This document shows, piece by piece, positions 23,717 through 37,665 of a DNA stretch of 64,000 nucleotides. The notes below the pieces were generated by a model. The model worked only from the letters and a program-made list of their open reading frames with translations, was not told the DNA's origin and did no database searches. The position numbers and the translations under genes are program-made. Source of the stretch: Leucoraja erinacea (lineage: Eukaryota); NCBI RefSeq assembly GCF_028641065.1, contig NC_073393.1, forward strand, positions 35,216,001 to 35,280,000, given 5' to 3'. Positions within the stretch are counted from its first letter, which is position 1. Every line of letters starts with the position of its first letter.

Positions 23717-24654
23717 TATGTCATAGTTATGGACCTTTCAGTGCCAACAATCACATACCCATGCACACTAATCCTGCATTGATTCTGTTTTATTCTCCCC
23801 GCTTTGCCATCATCTCTCCCAGATTCTACCACACCCCTACACATTGGGGCCAATTTATGTTGGCCAATTAACCTACCAATCTGCTCATCACTAGAACACA
23901 AGAGAAAGCCAGAGCACCCAGAGGAACCTCATGCGGGCACAAGGAGACCGTGCAAACTTGCACAGATACAGTGCTAAGGAGTCATGTCTCCCGATGTCAG
24001 CAGAGTGCCTCTGTAAATAGCAAGCAAGGCAACAATCAAGCCCGATATGATTCTAGTTCTACTGAGAATGCTGCACTGTGTTTATATGCTGTTCAATTTG
24101 TCGCTCTATTATATGTTGTTAAGAGCAGGACTGCGCGTCATGTAAATAATTACTCAATCGTGCGTGTACCTGATGCCGTGAGACACTCACTTGGAAATGC
24201 CCAGTCTAATTACATTCCTGGTCAGTTTGAACCTGGAAATTATCTCCAATTTGCGTTAGAAAATGGTGTGACATCCTAAAAACGGGTACTATGCAGTCCA
24301 ATGTTTAGGCTGATTAGATCTCCCATCCTTCCATATTATTGTTTATTGTGTTGCTAGAATATGAGAATGGAGATATCCACACAAGGTAGGCTGTTGCATA
24401 GATTGAGGGGTTAATCTAACAGCAGATGTGCCTGTTGCATTTGGTTAGTGGACAAAGGTCCTTCGCTTGTGACAAACAATTGGAAAAAACCTTGTCAATG
24501 CCGCTGAAACCATGATGCACGGGTGGTGGATGGAGAGGCTACTGAAGTCCTCTCCCCTGTTTTTTATTCTATTATGGATGTAGTTCTTTCTTTCAGAAAC
24601 ATAGACTGTGGCTGGGTGCACTTTCACCCCCCTGTACTCGGAGGGCGGAGGAGG

Positions 24655-24866
24655 CAGGTTCTCTGGATGCTTTCAAGAGAGAGCTAGATAGGGCTCTTAA
24701 AAATAGCGGAGTCAGGGGATATGGGGAGAAGGCAGGAATGGGGTGCTGATTGGGGATGATCATCCACGATCACATTGAATGGCGGTGCTAGCTCGAAGGG
24801 CCGAATGGCCTACTCCTGCACCTATTGTCTATTGTCTATTGTCTATTGTCTATTGTCTATTGTCTA
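24655..24866 (+). mobile_element. CR1 3' end with (ATTGTCT)n tail
   Basis: CR1 3' UTR followed by about 6 ATTGTCT units. The same subfamily appears at 41950-42170. Confidence 0.85.
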
Positions 24867-25244
24867 CTGGAATCTGCTGGACCTAGCTCACAGTCCACAG
24901 TGCCCACCAGCCCACACTTTATTAGAGCAGAGAGCTTGATGAGTTGACCCTATGAGGGACGTCACCAGTGTTGGAGCAGTCTCCAAGCTGTTTATAAGCC
25001 TCTGATAGTATATTCTGAAGCCTTGCCCCATGAACCTTCTAACAGTCTTTCACAAATCATCACCTCCGTAGGATTTTGTATTGGTTTGATAATCAGAGTC
25101 ACTTAACGCCCATTCAAATAGTTAAGAAAAACATTTAAAAGAGAAATAAAAATAGATTTTATTCACACCTTAAAATATAAATGAATGTTTCAAAGCAGCA
25201 AATAAAATAAACTAACTCAAAAACTTCACCACACTTTACCACCA

Positions 25245-26530
25245 GGAATTATTTTTTTCACCCAGAGAGTTGTGAATCTGTGGAATTCTCAGCCACGGAA
25301 GGCAGTGGAGGCCAATTCACTGGATGCTTTCAAGAGAGAGTTAGATTTAGCTTTTAGCTTTAATATTCAAGGGATATGGGGGGGAAAAGCAGGATCCGGA
25401 TACTGATTTTGGAAGATCAGCCATGATCATTGGGGGTTCAGTATTGATGTGGATAGAGAACTGGCTGGCAAACAGGAAGCAAAGAGTAGGAGTAAACGTG
25501 TCCTTTTCACAATGGCAGGCAGTGACTAGTGGGGTACCCCAAGGCTCAGTACTGGGACCCCAGCTATTTACAATATATATTAATGATCTGGATGAGGGAA
25601 TTGAAGGCAATATCTCCAAGTTTGCGGATGACACTAAGCTGGGGGGCAGTGTTAGCTGTGAGGAGGATGCTAGGAGACTGCAGGGTGACTTGGATAGGCT
25701 GGGTGAGTGGGCAAATGTTTGGCAGATGCAGTATAATGTGGATAAATGTGAGGTTATCCATTTTGGTGGCAAAAACAGGAAAGCAGACTATTATCTAAAT
25801 GGTGGCCGATTGGGAAAGGGGGAGATGCAGCGAGACCTGGGTGTCATGGTACACCAGTCATTGAAGGTAGGCATGCAGGTGCAGCAGGCAGTAAAGAAAG
25901 CGAATGGTATGTTAGCTTTCATTGCAAAAGGATTTGAGTATAGGAGCAGAGAGGTTCTACTGCAGTTGTACAGGGTCTTGGTGAGACCACACCTGGAGTA
26001 TTGCGTACAGTTTTGGTCTCCAAATCTGAGGAAGGACATTATTGCCATAGAGGGAGTGCAGAGACGGTTCACCAGACTGATTCCTGGGATGTCAGGACTG
26101 TCTTATGAAGAAAGACTGGATAGACTTGGTTTATACTCTCTAGAATTTAGAAGATTGAGAGGGGATCTTATAGAAACTTACAAAATTCTTAAGGGGTTGG
26201 ACAGGCTAGATGCAGGAAGATTGTTCCCGATGTTGGGGAAGTCCAGGACAAGGGGTCACATAAGGTAAAGGGGAAATCCTTACGAGGTTTAAACGGAGAT
26301 GAGGAGAACTTTTTTCACGCAGAGAGTGGTGAATCTCTGGAACTCTCTGCACAGAGGGTAGTTGAGGCCAGTTCATTGGCTAGATGTGGCCCTTGTGGCT
26401 AAGGGGATCAGGGGGTATGGAGAGAAGGCAGGTACGGGATACTGAGTTGGATGATCAGCCATGATCATATTGAATGGCGGTGCAGGCTCGAAGGGCCGAA
26501 TGCCTACTCCTTCACCTATTTTCTATTTTT
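25245..26530 (+). mobile_element. CR1 LINE 3' portion with 281-aa RT ORF remnant (25423-26268), preceded by another CR1 tail
   Basis: GVPQGSVLGP, KFADDTK, YCVQFWSP and TRGH motifs. Confidence 0.95.
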
Positions 26531-26649
26531 CTGTTACCATTTACGATGAGGCTGGCAATCTCATTCCCCTGAATCACGTTGCTGCCCCTCCATGGTGAAA
26601 GGTTACGAGGTGAATATCCTGCCTTTCCTTTCAACTGGACTGTGTTGGA

Positions 26650-27195
26650 ATATGGAACAATACAGCACAATAGCAAGCCCTTCAGCCCACAATGTCTGCA
26701 CCAAACATGATGCCAAGTTGAACTAATCTCTGTTGTTATCCCTTTCCCTCCATTCCCTGCATATTCATATGCCTATCCAAAAAACCCTTTAATGCCACAA
26801 TTGTCTTTGCAACCATCACCCCTGGCAACACATTCCAGGCACCCAGCAAAAAAATGTGTAAAAAATATTGCTCCACAAATCTACTTTAAATTTTTTCCCC
26901 TTTCATCTTAAAGATGTGCCCTCTGGTCTTTGACATTCCTACCCAAATATAAAAGGTTCTGATTGTCTATACTGTGGATGTTTCACATACTTCTATCAGG
27001 TCTCCACTCAGCCTCCGACACTGAAGAGAAAACAATCCAGGTGCATCCAATGTCTCCTTGTAGCTAATACCTTCCAACCAGGCAGCATTCTGGTAAACCT
27101 CTTCTGCACTCGGCATATCATTCTAGTAATGGAACGACCAGAACTGCACACAATGCTCCAAACGCAGCCTAGCTAAAGTCACATAAAGCTGTTTA
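26650..27195 (-). mobile_element. Old CR1 3' fragment
   Basis: LARLRLEHCVQFWS on - plus the reverse-complemented 3' UTR. Confidence 0.75.
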
Positions 27196-28919
27196 GCACC
27201 ACGGTATGTTGCCATCCCGACCTCCATCTCACCCCGTACTTTCACCTGTGGCCAAGCACGCCCATGATGGCCGTGTGGAACTGCACGTGTGGAACTGCAT
27301 TGTGATGGAACCGTGTGGAACTGCATTCAGTCAGTGAATTCGGACAAGGGTCTGTAATAATAAAAACAGCAGACCCAGGAATGTCCATTTATGTTTTTTC
27401 TGGACAATCTGCTCAACGACTGCTGATAGAAAATGCACAAAGTGACTTAAAGTTGAAAGATTTAGGCTTGTTCTTCACTTCCAGTTGCATCTCCGTTGTA
27501 TGGTGGGGAGAGTTCCAAGACGGAGAGGAATTTTAGGTTCATTAGCGGAGTCAATTGGTCTGAAAGGTTGTTCTCCGCCACTGATAACTCGCCTCTGTAT
27601 ACCCACGATGATTCAATATTCTTGGGGAGAATGTAATAGAGATATTTTTACACAAAGAATGGTGGGAGCCTGGTATGCATTGCCAGGGGTGGTGGTGAAG
27701 GCAGATATGATTTTGGTGCATGGAGGGAAATGTTGGATCATGTACAGGCAGGTGGAATGAGTTTAAGTAGGCATCATGTTCGGCACAAACATTGTGGGCC
27801 GAAGGGCCTGTAGCTCCTGTGCTGTACTGTACTGTTCTATGTTCCAAGTTCTATTCTCTCACTCTCCTCCCGTTGAGTTTACTGTTCTCAAAGCTGCTGC
27901 TAAACTACAAAGGATAGATTTTAACAAACAGGAGACTGAAGAAGGGTTTTGGCCTGAAACGTTGGCTATTTCCTTCACTGCCTCACCCGCTGAGTTTCTC
28001 CAGCATTTTTGTCTACCTTCGATTTTCCACCATCTGCAGTTCCTTCTTAAAGATTTTAACAAACAGCTCTGCAACTGAGTTCCCAGATTTCTCTGTGCGA
28101 GGGAACTATTCCCTTGAACAGTCCCATAGAATTGACCAATAATTTTTTATAGGCTACGAGTTTTATTTTAATCAGTGCAAAATATCAGTCTTAATGACAT
28201 TCTTTGTCAAATAATTATGGATGTACCCTTCACTGAACTTTACTGCTTTCTAACTGCTTTTCCTTGCAGAAAATTGATTTACAATGCCTACAGCTCTTGT
28301 AAATAAGTAACAAACACAGTGAAAATCATGTAACATTTATATTGATTACATTTTTGACAAGATGGCCCCCACATACCTGATGCACGTTGGGAATCACCGT
28401 GGATACACCCGGAAGATGTGATGCCCTGTACACTAATTTATTGCTTGGACCAGACAAGTGCCCAAGTGACCTGGATAATGTGTCTGTTTCAGAGCTTTTT
28501 GTGAGAAGGTAAAAGGTTCTGCTTTTCCAGGAGTCTTTCACTGCACTTTGAAAGGCCGTGACCAGTTTTGCCTCGGGCGCTTTTCACGATGTATGTTGGG
28601 AGGGAGGTTAAATTGACAGCATTCAAGTATCTTGCTTCGCCTGCACATCAGGGTTGTCCTGTAATCGTCTTCATAGAATAGCCTTTCATACATAACTATT
28701 CCCTCGCACAGAGTCCCAAGAGCAGCAGCTGATCGCGCATGATTTTAATAAAATGGTGCAGTTTCCAAACATGCCAACTCGTTTCTATCCCCTAAGACAC
28801 ACTAACGAGTCTGATACTCCTCAAATGTATTTGATGCCATTGCAGTGTGGGTGTTGTTGAACCTTTTCAAACCTCTGATCGTTTCCCCAGCTCCAATCAC
28901 TCTTCTAGGCCACACCTCG

Positions 28920-29325
28920 GCTTGGATGGAGCAGATGTGGAGAAGCTGTTTCTACTAGTGGGAGAGTCTAGGACTAGAGGTCACAGCCTCGGAATTAAAG
29001 GGCATTCTTTTAGGGAGAAGATGAGGACAAATTTCTTTAGTCAGAGGGTGGAGAATCTGTGGAATTATTTGCCACAGAAGGCTGTGGATTCAGATTCAGA
29101 TTCAGCTGTGGAGACAGTCAGAGACAACGAAATGCATTGGAGACAGTCAGTGGATATATTTAAAGCAGAGATAGAAATATTCTTGATTAGTACGGGGTGT
29201 CAGAGGTTATGGGGAGAAGGCAGGAGAATCGAGTTAGGAGAGATAGATCAGCTATGATTGAATGGCGGAGTAGTCTTGAAGGGCCGAATGGCCTATTTCT
29301 ACTACTATCACATGATCTTATGATG
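28920..29325 (+). mobile_element. CR1 3' fragment
   Basis: ESRTRGHSLGIKG...FFSQRVENLWNYLP. Confidence 0.85.
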
Positions 29326-29394
29326 AAATTCTGAATGATTTTGTTCGATCAGCTCCTGCTGATCTGGCCATGATCTTTCACAAACTTTTGGTTT

Positions 29395-29705
29395 TAGTTT
29401 AAGTTTTGGAGATATAACATTGAAACAGGCCCTTCGGCCCACTGGGTCCATGCCTACCATCGATCACCCGTTCACATTAGTGCTACGTTATCCCACTTTT
29501 TCATCCACTCCCAACACACTCAGGGCAATTTACAGAGGCCAATTAACCTACCACCCCTCTCATCTTTGGGATGTGGGAGGAAACTAGAGTACCTGGGAAA
29601 TAACCCACACCGTCACAGGGAGAACGTGCAAACTCCACACAGGCAGCACCCGAGGTCAAGATCAAACCCAGGTCTCTGCCACTGTGAGGCAGCAACTCTA
29701 CCAGC
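29395..29705 (-). mobile_element. tRNA-derived V-SINE (HE1-like)
   Basis: Reverse complement of the SINE at 34408: CACAGGGAGAACGTGCAAACTCCACACAGGCAGCACC. Confidence 0.8.
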
Positions 29706-30829
29706 TAGAAAATATAATCTTTCAACTAGTTCACATCAGTTGTGAAGTTGCACCTTCTGTGCAAGAACACAATTTCTTGCTATTTAATTGGACTGTCTGT
29801 GAATTGCTTTGATCTGGGAAGACATCTTCCTGCTTTAAAGTCAGAAAGTTTCAAAGAAATGAAAAGGCTAAAACAAGTAAAGGGTAAAAATTGCAATGAA
29901 ATTGCTGCTGATATAAATCAAAGCACATGTAACAAAATTGTACACTGCAAGCCCATGATTTGCCAACCACTAATGATGGAAAATCCTTAGGTGGAGAGTA
30001 CAATTTTATTTTATCCCGAGTATTTGCCAAGTGGGAAGATATAACCTGTGAATGACTACTTACATGCAGACATAGAAGGCGGTTTACACTGATTCTCTGT
30101 ACTGTACAGAAAAACATAAGCAAAGCAATGTTGGGGGAAAACCATTCAAAGAATATCTATGCTTAATCCTGGAAGTATGAAGTGTGTGTCAGATTGCTGC
30201 TCACATTTCTTATTTCAAATCCTGATTTATTTATTTCAACAGCGCATTTTGCTTCTAACTGGCATTGCAATGTTCGGAGCGTGAGAGTGCTCAGCCACAG
30301 ACATGCCACTGTTCATGCCATCGCCATTTGTTTGTGCCTTTCACATCAGCAAGCCATTGCGCCAAATTGTCTTAGTTCTGGCCAATGATTACAAAGAGCC
30401 CTGGCAGCGTTCAGCCCCATCGACGGAAACACACTAACTCATTCATGACATGAATTAGAGTGGTCGATGCAACTACATCTTTCACTGCACCACTGTACCC
30501 GACATCCCACCAAGCTAAGGACCAAGGTCTTTCTGCCAGTCCCTAGTATCATACTGGGAATTGCCAGCCATTTGCCAGATCATTTCAATTTCCAAATACA
30601 ATCAGTGTTGAGCCTTCACAACCCTCAGGGGTAGAGAATTTCAAAGATTTACCACCTTCTGAGCAAGAAACCTTTTCCTCATTTCAGTCCTAAATGAGGA
30701 TATGAACCCCAAGTTCTAAATTTCTAGGTCACAAGAGGAATATACTGTATATACTCCGCACAGACAGCACCCATAGTCAAGATCGTACCCAGGTCTCTGG
30801 CGCTGTAATGCAGCAACTCTAACGCTGCG

Positions 30830-30986
30830 CTGCCCTGCTGTGCCACCACTGTGCCACGCTCCTGTGCCAACATGCTGTGCTATACCGGGGTGCCACCCTT
30901 CTGTGCCACCACTGTGATGCCACTGTGCCATGCTGCTGTGCCACCACTGCGATCCCTGCTGTGCCACCACTGTGCTACCACTGTGC
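30830..30986 (+). repeat. Degenerate TGTGCCACCAC minisatellite at a SINE 5' end
   Basis: More than 10 variants of CTGTGCCACCA directly follow the SINE head (- strand) at 30755-30830. Confidence 0.8.
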
Positions 30987-33900
30987 AGGGGCTCTCTCTC
31001 ATTTAAAGAAAACGCACGCAAAGGCAACTTCCACTCCACCGTAGGATTGTAATAAGTTTAAATATTTTACATGGTTAGTGCTTTAATGTGATTCAATAAG
31101 CATTAACATTATATCATTTGAAAGTCATTTTTATTTTGTGCAATAATTTGCTTCAACTTTTAAGTTCTTTGAGTGTGAGAAATATTTGAGAGCTGCTTCA
31201 TTGCTTCGAATGAAGATAAAGCTCCATACTCAACTCAGCTGTCAGTATGAAGAAAGGTCCTGGTGTGAATGCACATGTCCATTCCCTCCATAGATGCTGC
31301 CTGACCCGCTGTTCTTCCAGCACTTTGCGTTTTATGCTCATGATTTCAGCATCTGCAGTTCCTTGCATCTCCTCAGCCATCCACATCCAGCATTAGCGGG
31401 TGGTGGCTAACTCACTTTGTCCATTACTATCCCTGTCCACCATATCCATATTCCAATTAAGCTGCTTCCCATTCTGCTTCAAAAGCCCTGTCCTCATCTT
31501 CCTTGCTCTAGCCTCTCTTTTATTGCATCGACACTCCTCATCTCAAGTAGTCCTTGTAGTAATATGTTCAAACATCCAGAATACCGGATAAAGCACTTAA
31601 TTCTGAATATTACATTGCCATTAACAATATATGTTTGATAATTATACTCTTCAGTTCTGGTCTTCCCCAGATGATATAAATACCGTCCCAATGTCTGCCC
31701 CATCAAACCCTTTTGTAATCTATTGGGATTTCTATTGGGTTAACATTCATTCACCTTCTTATCCAGAGAGCAGTAGTCCAGCTAAATCAGTCTTTCCTGG
31801 TGTTTATAATAATTTAGCTCCGTTATCATCCTGCCTTCCTTTTTTGTTACTTCTCACCATCTCAATAACCTTTTTTTATTATATTAAGACCATTATATAA
31901 AGAAGTGTACTCTGTACAAATTTAACACACCTCTGTTTTTTAGTTTCACTCCTCCCGGAATGAGTCAACCCTGACGCAATGTAATAGATAAACTTAGGAA
32001 AAAGGATCTCAACCCGAAACATCACCCATTCATTCCTTCTCTCCAGAGATGCTGCCTTAGTTACTCCAGCATTTTGTGTCTATCTTCGAGATAAACCTTG
32101 GAGTTGATGAGGTGAAAATGTCAAGCCTCACTCCAGGCAGATGTTCCAGGGCAATTGTTTGCAGCAGCACCAAGAGACTCTAATGCTTTACCTAATGCAG
32201 CATTTATCAATCTGCCATCTGAGGAAGGATTGTCTCATTGCTCATTGTTAATATTAATCCATCAACTATCGTCACTCAGATTCTGTGGTTACAAATGCCA
32301 TGGCAGGGATGTTGACGTGAACATATTGACTGCATTTCAAAAATTACATGGTGGTTGTCAAGAACGTTGGGGTTTGCAATGACCGTATCTCTATCCTTAC
32401 AAAAATCTCTTTGTTGTTCATCACCTTTCCCTCATTTTCCACCTTTTGAGTGGGAAACCTTTTCCTCATTTCAGTCCCAAATGAGGATATGGACCCCAAG
32501 TTCCAGATTTCTAGGTCACGAGGAATATACAGTACATGCTCTGCACAGACAGCACCCATAGTCAAGATCGTACCCAGGTCTCTGGCTCCACCAAGCAGCA
32601 ACTCCATCAATGTGCTGCCCTGCTATGCCACCTCAGAACAAGCACAATTGTTTTGCCAAGTAACTTGGTTTCTGAAGCTTTTGAGAGGTCCTATACCCTC
32701 TTTCCCTTTCCTCTCAGCAGCTAGGTGCTGCATAGGAATGAGGTGGCCCAGTGAGGTCTGCTTGTAGACTGTCTGCCTAATGTTATGCTTGTCTTTGTTG
32801 GACTGAACTTTGTGGAGACTGCTCATTGATCACTCTGGATGTCTTTCCACCCATTCAGACTTCATATAGGATATCTGTGGAAAGAAATATTTGTAAAATA
32901 AAGCTTTATTTTTTTGGGAAAATATACCAACAATGCAGATAAGAAATAATATCAAATGCATTTTGCATGTTCAAATGTCCATTTTGTTTGCCCCAATCTT
33001 TTTCCACCAAAATTAATTTTTGCGTAAAAAAAAAATTAATATTCCATTAAATAAGCTTAATGGGTTTTGCATTCTAATTTACTTTTCAATCAATAGTTCC
33101 CCTGTCTTTAAACATTCACATTCTTGTAGAATGGAATATGGGAGGCAATTGTTTGGAGATGAGCTCCATTCTCATTACATCTCTCTGCCTTTCGCTTCTG
33201 CTGCTGAATGTGACACTCTATCCATTATGTCGAATCGATAGAATCTATGCCGTGTTCCTGAGGATAGTGCTCCATCAGATTGTATCCATAAGTCACATGA
33301 TGAAGTCTCAGTGACTCTTGTAAGGATGTTAAACATGATCAGCTACAGAGAAAAAAAATCAAAATATCGGCAGAAGTGGACACCTCAGACTTTTTCGCAT
33401 CATTTGAGGACATCGGGGCAGGCAAATCATTTACAAGGAGCCACGGACTAACCTTTGGAATGTGTGGGAAGGAACTGCAAATGGTTTAAACTGAAGATAG
33501 ACACAGAAAGCTGGAGTAACTCAGCGGGACAGGAGGCATTTCTGGGAAGAAGGAATGGGTGACATAGAAACATTGAAAGCAGGTGCAAGATTAGGCCATT
33601 CGGCCCTTCGAGCCAGTACCGCCATTCAATATGATCATGGCTGATCATCCAGAATCAGTACCCCGTTCCTGCTTTCTCCCAATATCCCTTAATATCGTTA
33701 GCCCTAAGAGTCACATCCAACTCTCTTGAATACATCCAGTATAGATGTTTCGGGCCAAGACCCTTCTTCAGACTGAAAGTCACGGGAAAGGGAAGGAAGA
33801 GATATAGACAATGAAGTAGAGAGATATCGAATAAATAAATGAAGGATATGCAAAAAAGTAAAGATGATAAAAGAAACAGGCCATTGTTTTTCTTCGTTAA

Positions 33901-34407
33901 CTTTTGGAATGTTTTCTAACTTTGTCGACATGAAGCAAAATGACTTTGAGGAACATTTCCCACCATGAAATTTATAACTCCTACCCCATGTGTTTTTATT
34001 GCCTTTCTAAGTGCCTGGGAACTTGGCTGGTAAAGTTTTCACCCATTTCCAACTGACTTAGGTTTGGCCAATCACACTTCATGACAGAAAAGATTTTAGT
34101 TCCATTACTCTATCCAAACTCCAGAATTGAAAAGGTGTTATTCCTGACCTACTGCACCTCAAACAACAGAGCCTTTTTCTGTATTAACTTTCAGTAGGGA
34201 TTGCTATCATGGTTGAGAATCAATCAGGTTGTTGAGGAACTGGAATCACAAATGGGCCAGACAAGTGAAGATGAGTGGTTTTTACTCTGAAGCACATAAA
34301 TAAGCCAATTGGATTTATATTTTCATGTCTTTTAAAAAAAATCCACAACTACAATGGAGGGGTCTCACTTTTCATTCCTGCAACAATCACTGCATCAAGA
34401 ATCGGAG

Positions 34408-34712
34408 GGGCACAGTGGCACAACTGGTAGAGCTGCTGCCTCACAGTGCCAGAGACCCGGGTTCGATCCAGACCTTGGGTGCTGTCTGTGTGGAGTTTGC
34501 ACATTCCCCTTGTCATCGCATGGGTTTCTTCCAGGTGCTCCAATTTCCTCCCACATCCCACAGATTTGAGAGTTTGTAAGATAATTGGTCTTTGTAAAGG
34601 AAGTGGCTGGGGAAGTGCGATCACACAGAATTAGTGTGACTGGGTGATTAATGATCAGCTTGGACTTGGGGGCAGAAGGGCCTGTCTCCATGCTGTATCT
34701 CTAAGCTAAACT
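34408..34712 (+). mobile_element. Full-length tRNA-derived V-SINE (HE1-like)
   Basis: A box TGGCACAACTGG, B box GGTTCGATCC, central TGTGTGGAGTTTGCACATTC, CR1-like tail GAAGGGCCTGT...(CTAAA)n. Other copies at about 23740-23980, 37720-37945, 50295-50585, 54075-54370 and 60240-60520 (all -). Confidence 0.85.
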
Positions 34713-34919
34713 AAGGAAACTATTGAAGTATATGTCTGTGCGCATATAATGCACACATTTCAATATAACCCACACGAACTGCATTATTCAGCAGCATTAC
34801 CCATCTGGTCTTCAAGATTTAAAAAAAAAATATTAACATCAGATGGATTCATCCACAATTGCTCCACATTTGTGGGCAACGGTGTGTCATAAAGTTTGTC
34901 ACATAAAGTGTGTCACATT

Positions 34920-35170
34920 TCCTGCCTCTAGCGTGTCCAAACCCTTAATAATCTTATCTGTTTTAATAAGATCCCCTCTCATCCTAAATTCCAGAGTATA
35001 CAAGCCCAACCGTTCCATTCTCTCAGCATATGACAGTCCCGCCATCCCGGGAATTAACCTTTTAAACCTACGCTGCACTCCCTCAATAGCAAGAATGTCC
35101 TTCCTCAAATTTGCCAACCAAAACTGCACACAATACTCCAGATGTGGTCTCACTAGGGCTCTATACAACG
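34920..35170 (-). mobile_element. CR1 ORF2 fragment
   Basis: YRALVRPHLEYCVQFW...RGDLIKT. Confidence 0.85.
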
Positions 35171-35984
35171 ATCTGGGTTATTCTACGCTGAACCAGTGAC
35201 ACACGTATAAACCCAGAAAGAGAGACACAACAAACACTCCACTGGCAGAGCAAGTAGGTCCCCATCACACCTATCTTTAGTGGGGTCAAACATCTCTGTT
35301 AATTCTTTCCGAAACTCCAATTCCACTGAAGATCTTCAGTTTCCTCCCACACCCCAAAGACGTACAGGCTTGGTGTATGTGTACATTGTCCCTAGCGAGT
35401 GTAGGATAGTGTTGATGTACGGGGACGGTACGGACTTGGTGGGCCGAAGGGCCTGTTTCTGCACTGTATCTCTATACTAATCTAAACTAAACTGCAGGAA
35501 GCTCAAGTGTGCATGGCAATGGTCCGGTGCTTCATTGCCCTTTTGTCTTCCTTGCCGTCAGTGACATCAGGTTTAGCTACATTTTGCTAGGAGTGGCAAG
35601 ACCTGCCTCTTATCCTGTGCGTTGGAAGATAGACATTTGGCAAGAGATGAAGGAGCAATGAGACCACACTCGATGGTCTGCTCTGCCATAGGACTTGTGG
35701 CTGAGTTCAGAGTGGAGGTCTGAGCAACTGGCTGTCACCTGAGACAGCTAGACTGTGAGCAACAAAGTCATCCATTTGAAAGATGCTGACCTCCATATGA
35801 GTAAAGGCGAGGAAGTTGACCTATTTTCTTGTTTTAACTTTTGTCATGTTGTGGTGGGTTTATGATTTATTTATTTTCAAATGTTTTAATCATTCTTATT
35901 CATTAATTATATAAATCTATTCAAAAAACTTTTAAGTATCTCTGACATTCAGAGACTTTTAAGACAGAGATATGAAAGACAGAT

Positions 35985-36395
35985 AGAAACATAGAAATAT
36001 GGAAAATAGGTGCAGGAGTAGGCCATTCAGCCCTTTGAGCCAGCACCGGCATTCAATATGATCAAGGCTGATCATCAACAACCAGTACCCCGTTCCAGCT
36101 TTCTCCCCATATCACTTGATTCCATTAGCCCGAAGAGCTATATCTAACTATCTCTTGAAAATGTCCAGTGAATTGGCGTCCACTGTCTTCTGTGGCAGAA
36201 AATGCCACAGATTCACAACTCTCTGGGTGATAACGTTTTTCCTTATCTCAGTCCTTTTGTCCTACTCCTTATTCCCCCAACATCAGGAAAAATTTTTCCT
36301 GCATCTTGCCTGTCCAATCCCTTAAGAATTTAATATGTTTTTATAAGATTCCCTCTCATCCTTCTATATTCCAGTGAATATCAGCCCAGTCGGTC
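35985..36395 (-). mobile_element. CR1 3' fragment
   Basis: TAGAAACATAGAAA tail and 3' UTR matching 56912-57350. Confidence 0.85.
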
Positions 36396-37277
36396 CATAA
36401 GTATGGCGTAGCTGTGAAGATATCAAAGCACGTCAGGAGATGCTGAGGTCAGGAACTGAGTGGTGCTGCTCAGAGCTATGTCATGTCATTGTCCAGCGCA
36501 GTATGTCATCACATACACCGCTCAGCACGTGGAACAAATGAGCACAAACAGGCTGTGACGACCAGCAGGATATCTGGGCAGTCGGCCAGGTTTAGAACAA
36601 CCCGATCTTTTTTTGAGTAAACGTCGACTACTACAACTGAGTAATGAAAGTAAAATGTTTTTTGGACAACACATAGATCACATGTCCATTGATATGATAT
36701 AAGTTGAATAAATATCAACAGAAAAACATTTAATACAAAGTCGTGCTCACGTACATCGTGGGGAGTTGATGTGTAAATGGTGAGCATAGGTTGCAGTTAA
36801 CATAGTGGTGCAATGTGGTTGCTCTGTGGGGTGAAGTGGCCTCCTTCAATGAAATCAGGAAACATGGAAATATATTAAAATATGATATATACTTTACAAT
36901 ATTTCTATCCAAATATTTGTACTGTTAACTTTCCGTGCTAACTTTTTAGGTCCTTTTTGTTCAGCAGCAAATGTGTTAAGTTACGCTATTCATTACTTTA
37001 TTCAGAGTCAATTTCTAAAGTCTTAAAGTCTTGGTACGAACCTGTAAAGTTCTAGCTATAGAGTTTGAAGGATGGACTTTGTGGAGTCAACAATGATTCA
37101 GTGATATAGTGATCAAGGAGAATTATTTGTATTATCTGGTTACCGCAAAGATAGACTTAACAAACCAAGAAAATAATCCCACTGGAATATTCGCGTGGAG
37201 TCATAGGGACATTCAGCATGGAACTGAATCCTCCAGCCCACCACAACCATGCGAACCATCAACTCTCTGTCCACACT

Positions 37278-37665
37278 AAACCAAGCGTAGGCTTGGCGAT
37301 CGTTTCGCCGAACACCTCCGCTCGGTCCGCATTAACCAACCTGATCTCCCTGTGGCTCAGTACTTCAACTCCCCCTCCCATTCCGAATCCGACCTTTCTG
37401 TACTGGGCCTCCTCCATGGCCAAAGTGAGCACCACCGGAAATTGGAGGAGCAGCACCTCATATTCTGCTTGGGCAGTCTGCACCCTAGCGGCATAAACAT
37501 TGACTTCTTCAATTTCTGGTAGCCATTGACCTCTCCAATTTCCGGTAGCCCCCCCCCCACCCTACATCAGTCTGAAGATGGGTCTCGGCCCGAAACATTG
37601 CCTATTTCCTTTGCTCCATAGATGCTGCTGCATCCGCTGAGTTTCTCCAGCACTTTTGCCTACAT
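37278..37665 (+). mobile_element. Penelope-like element 3' fragment (GIY-YIG C-terminus and tail)
   Basis: TKPSVG/DRFAEHLRSVRINQPDLPVAQYFNSPSH...RKLEEQHLIFCLGSLHPSGINIDF, then the CTGAAGA...GAAAC motif. Confidence 0.85.

Noticed and set aside
34408-34480. tRNA gene
   Set aside because: It has A and B boxes but continues into a SINE body and is multi-copy in the window, so it is a SINE head.
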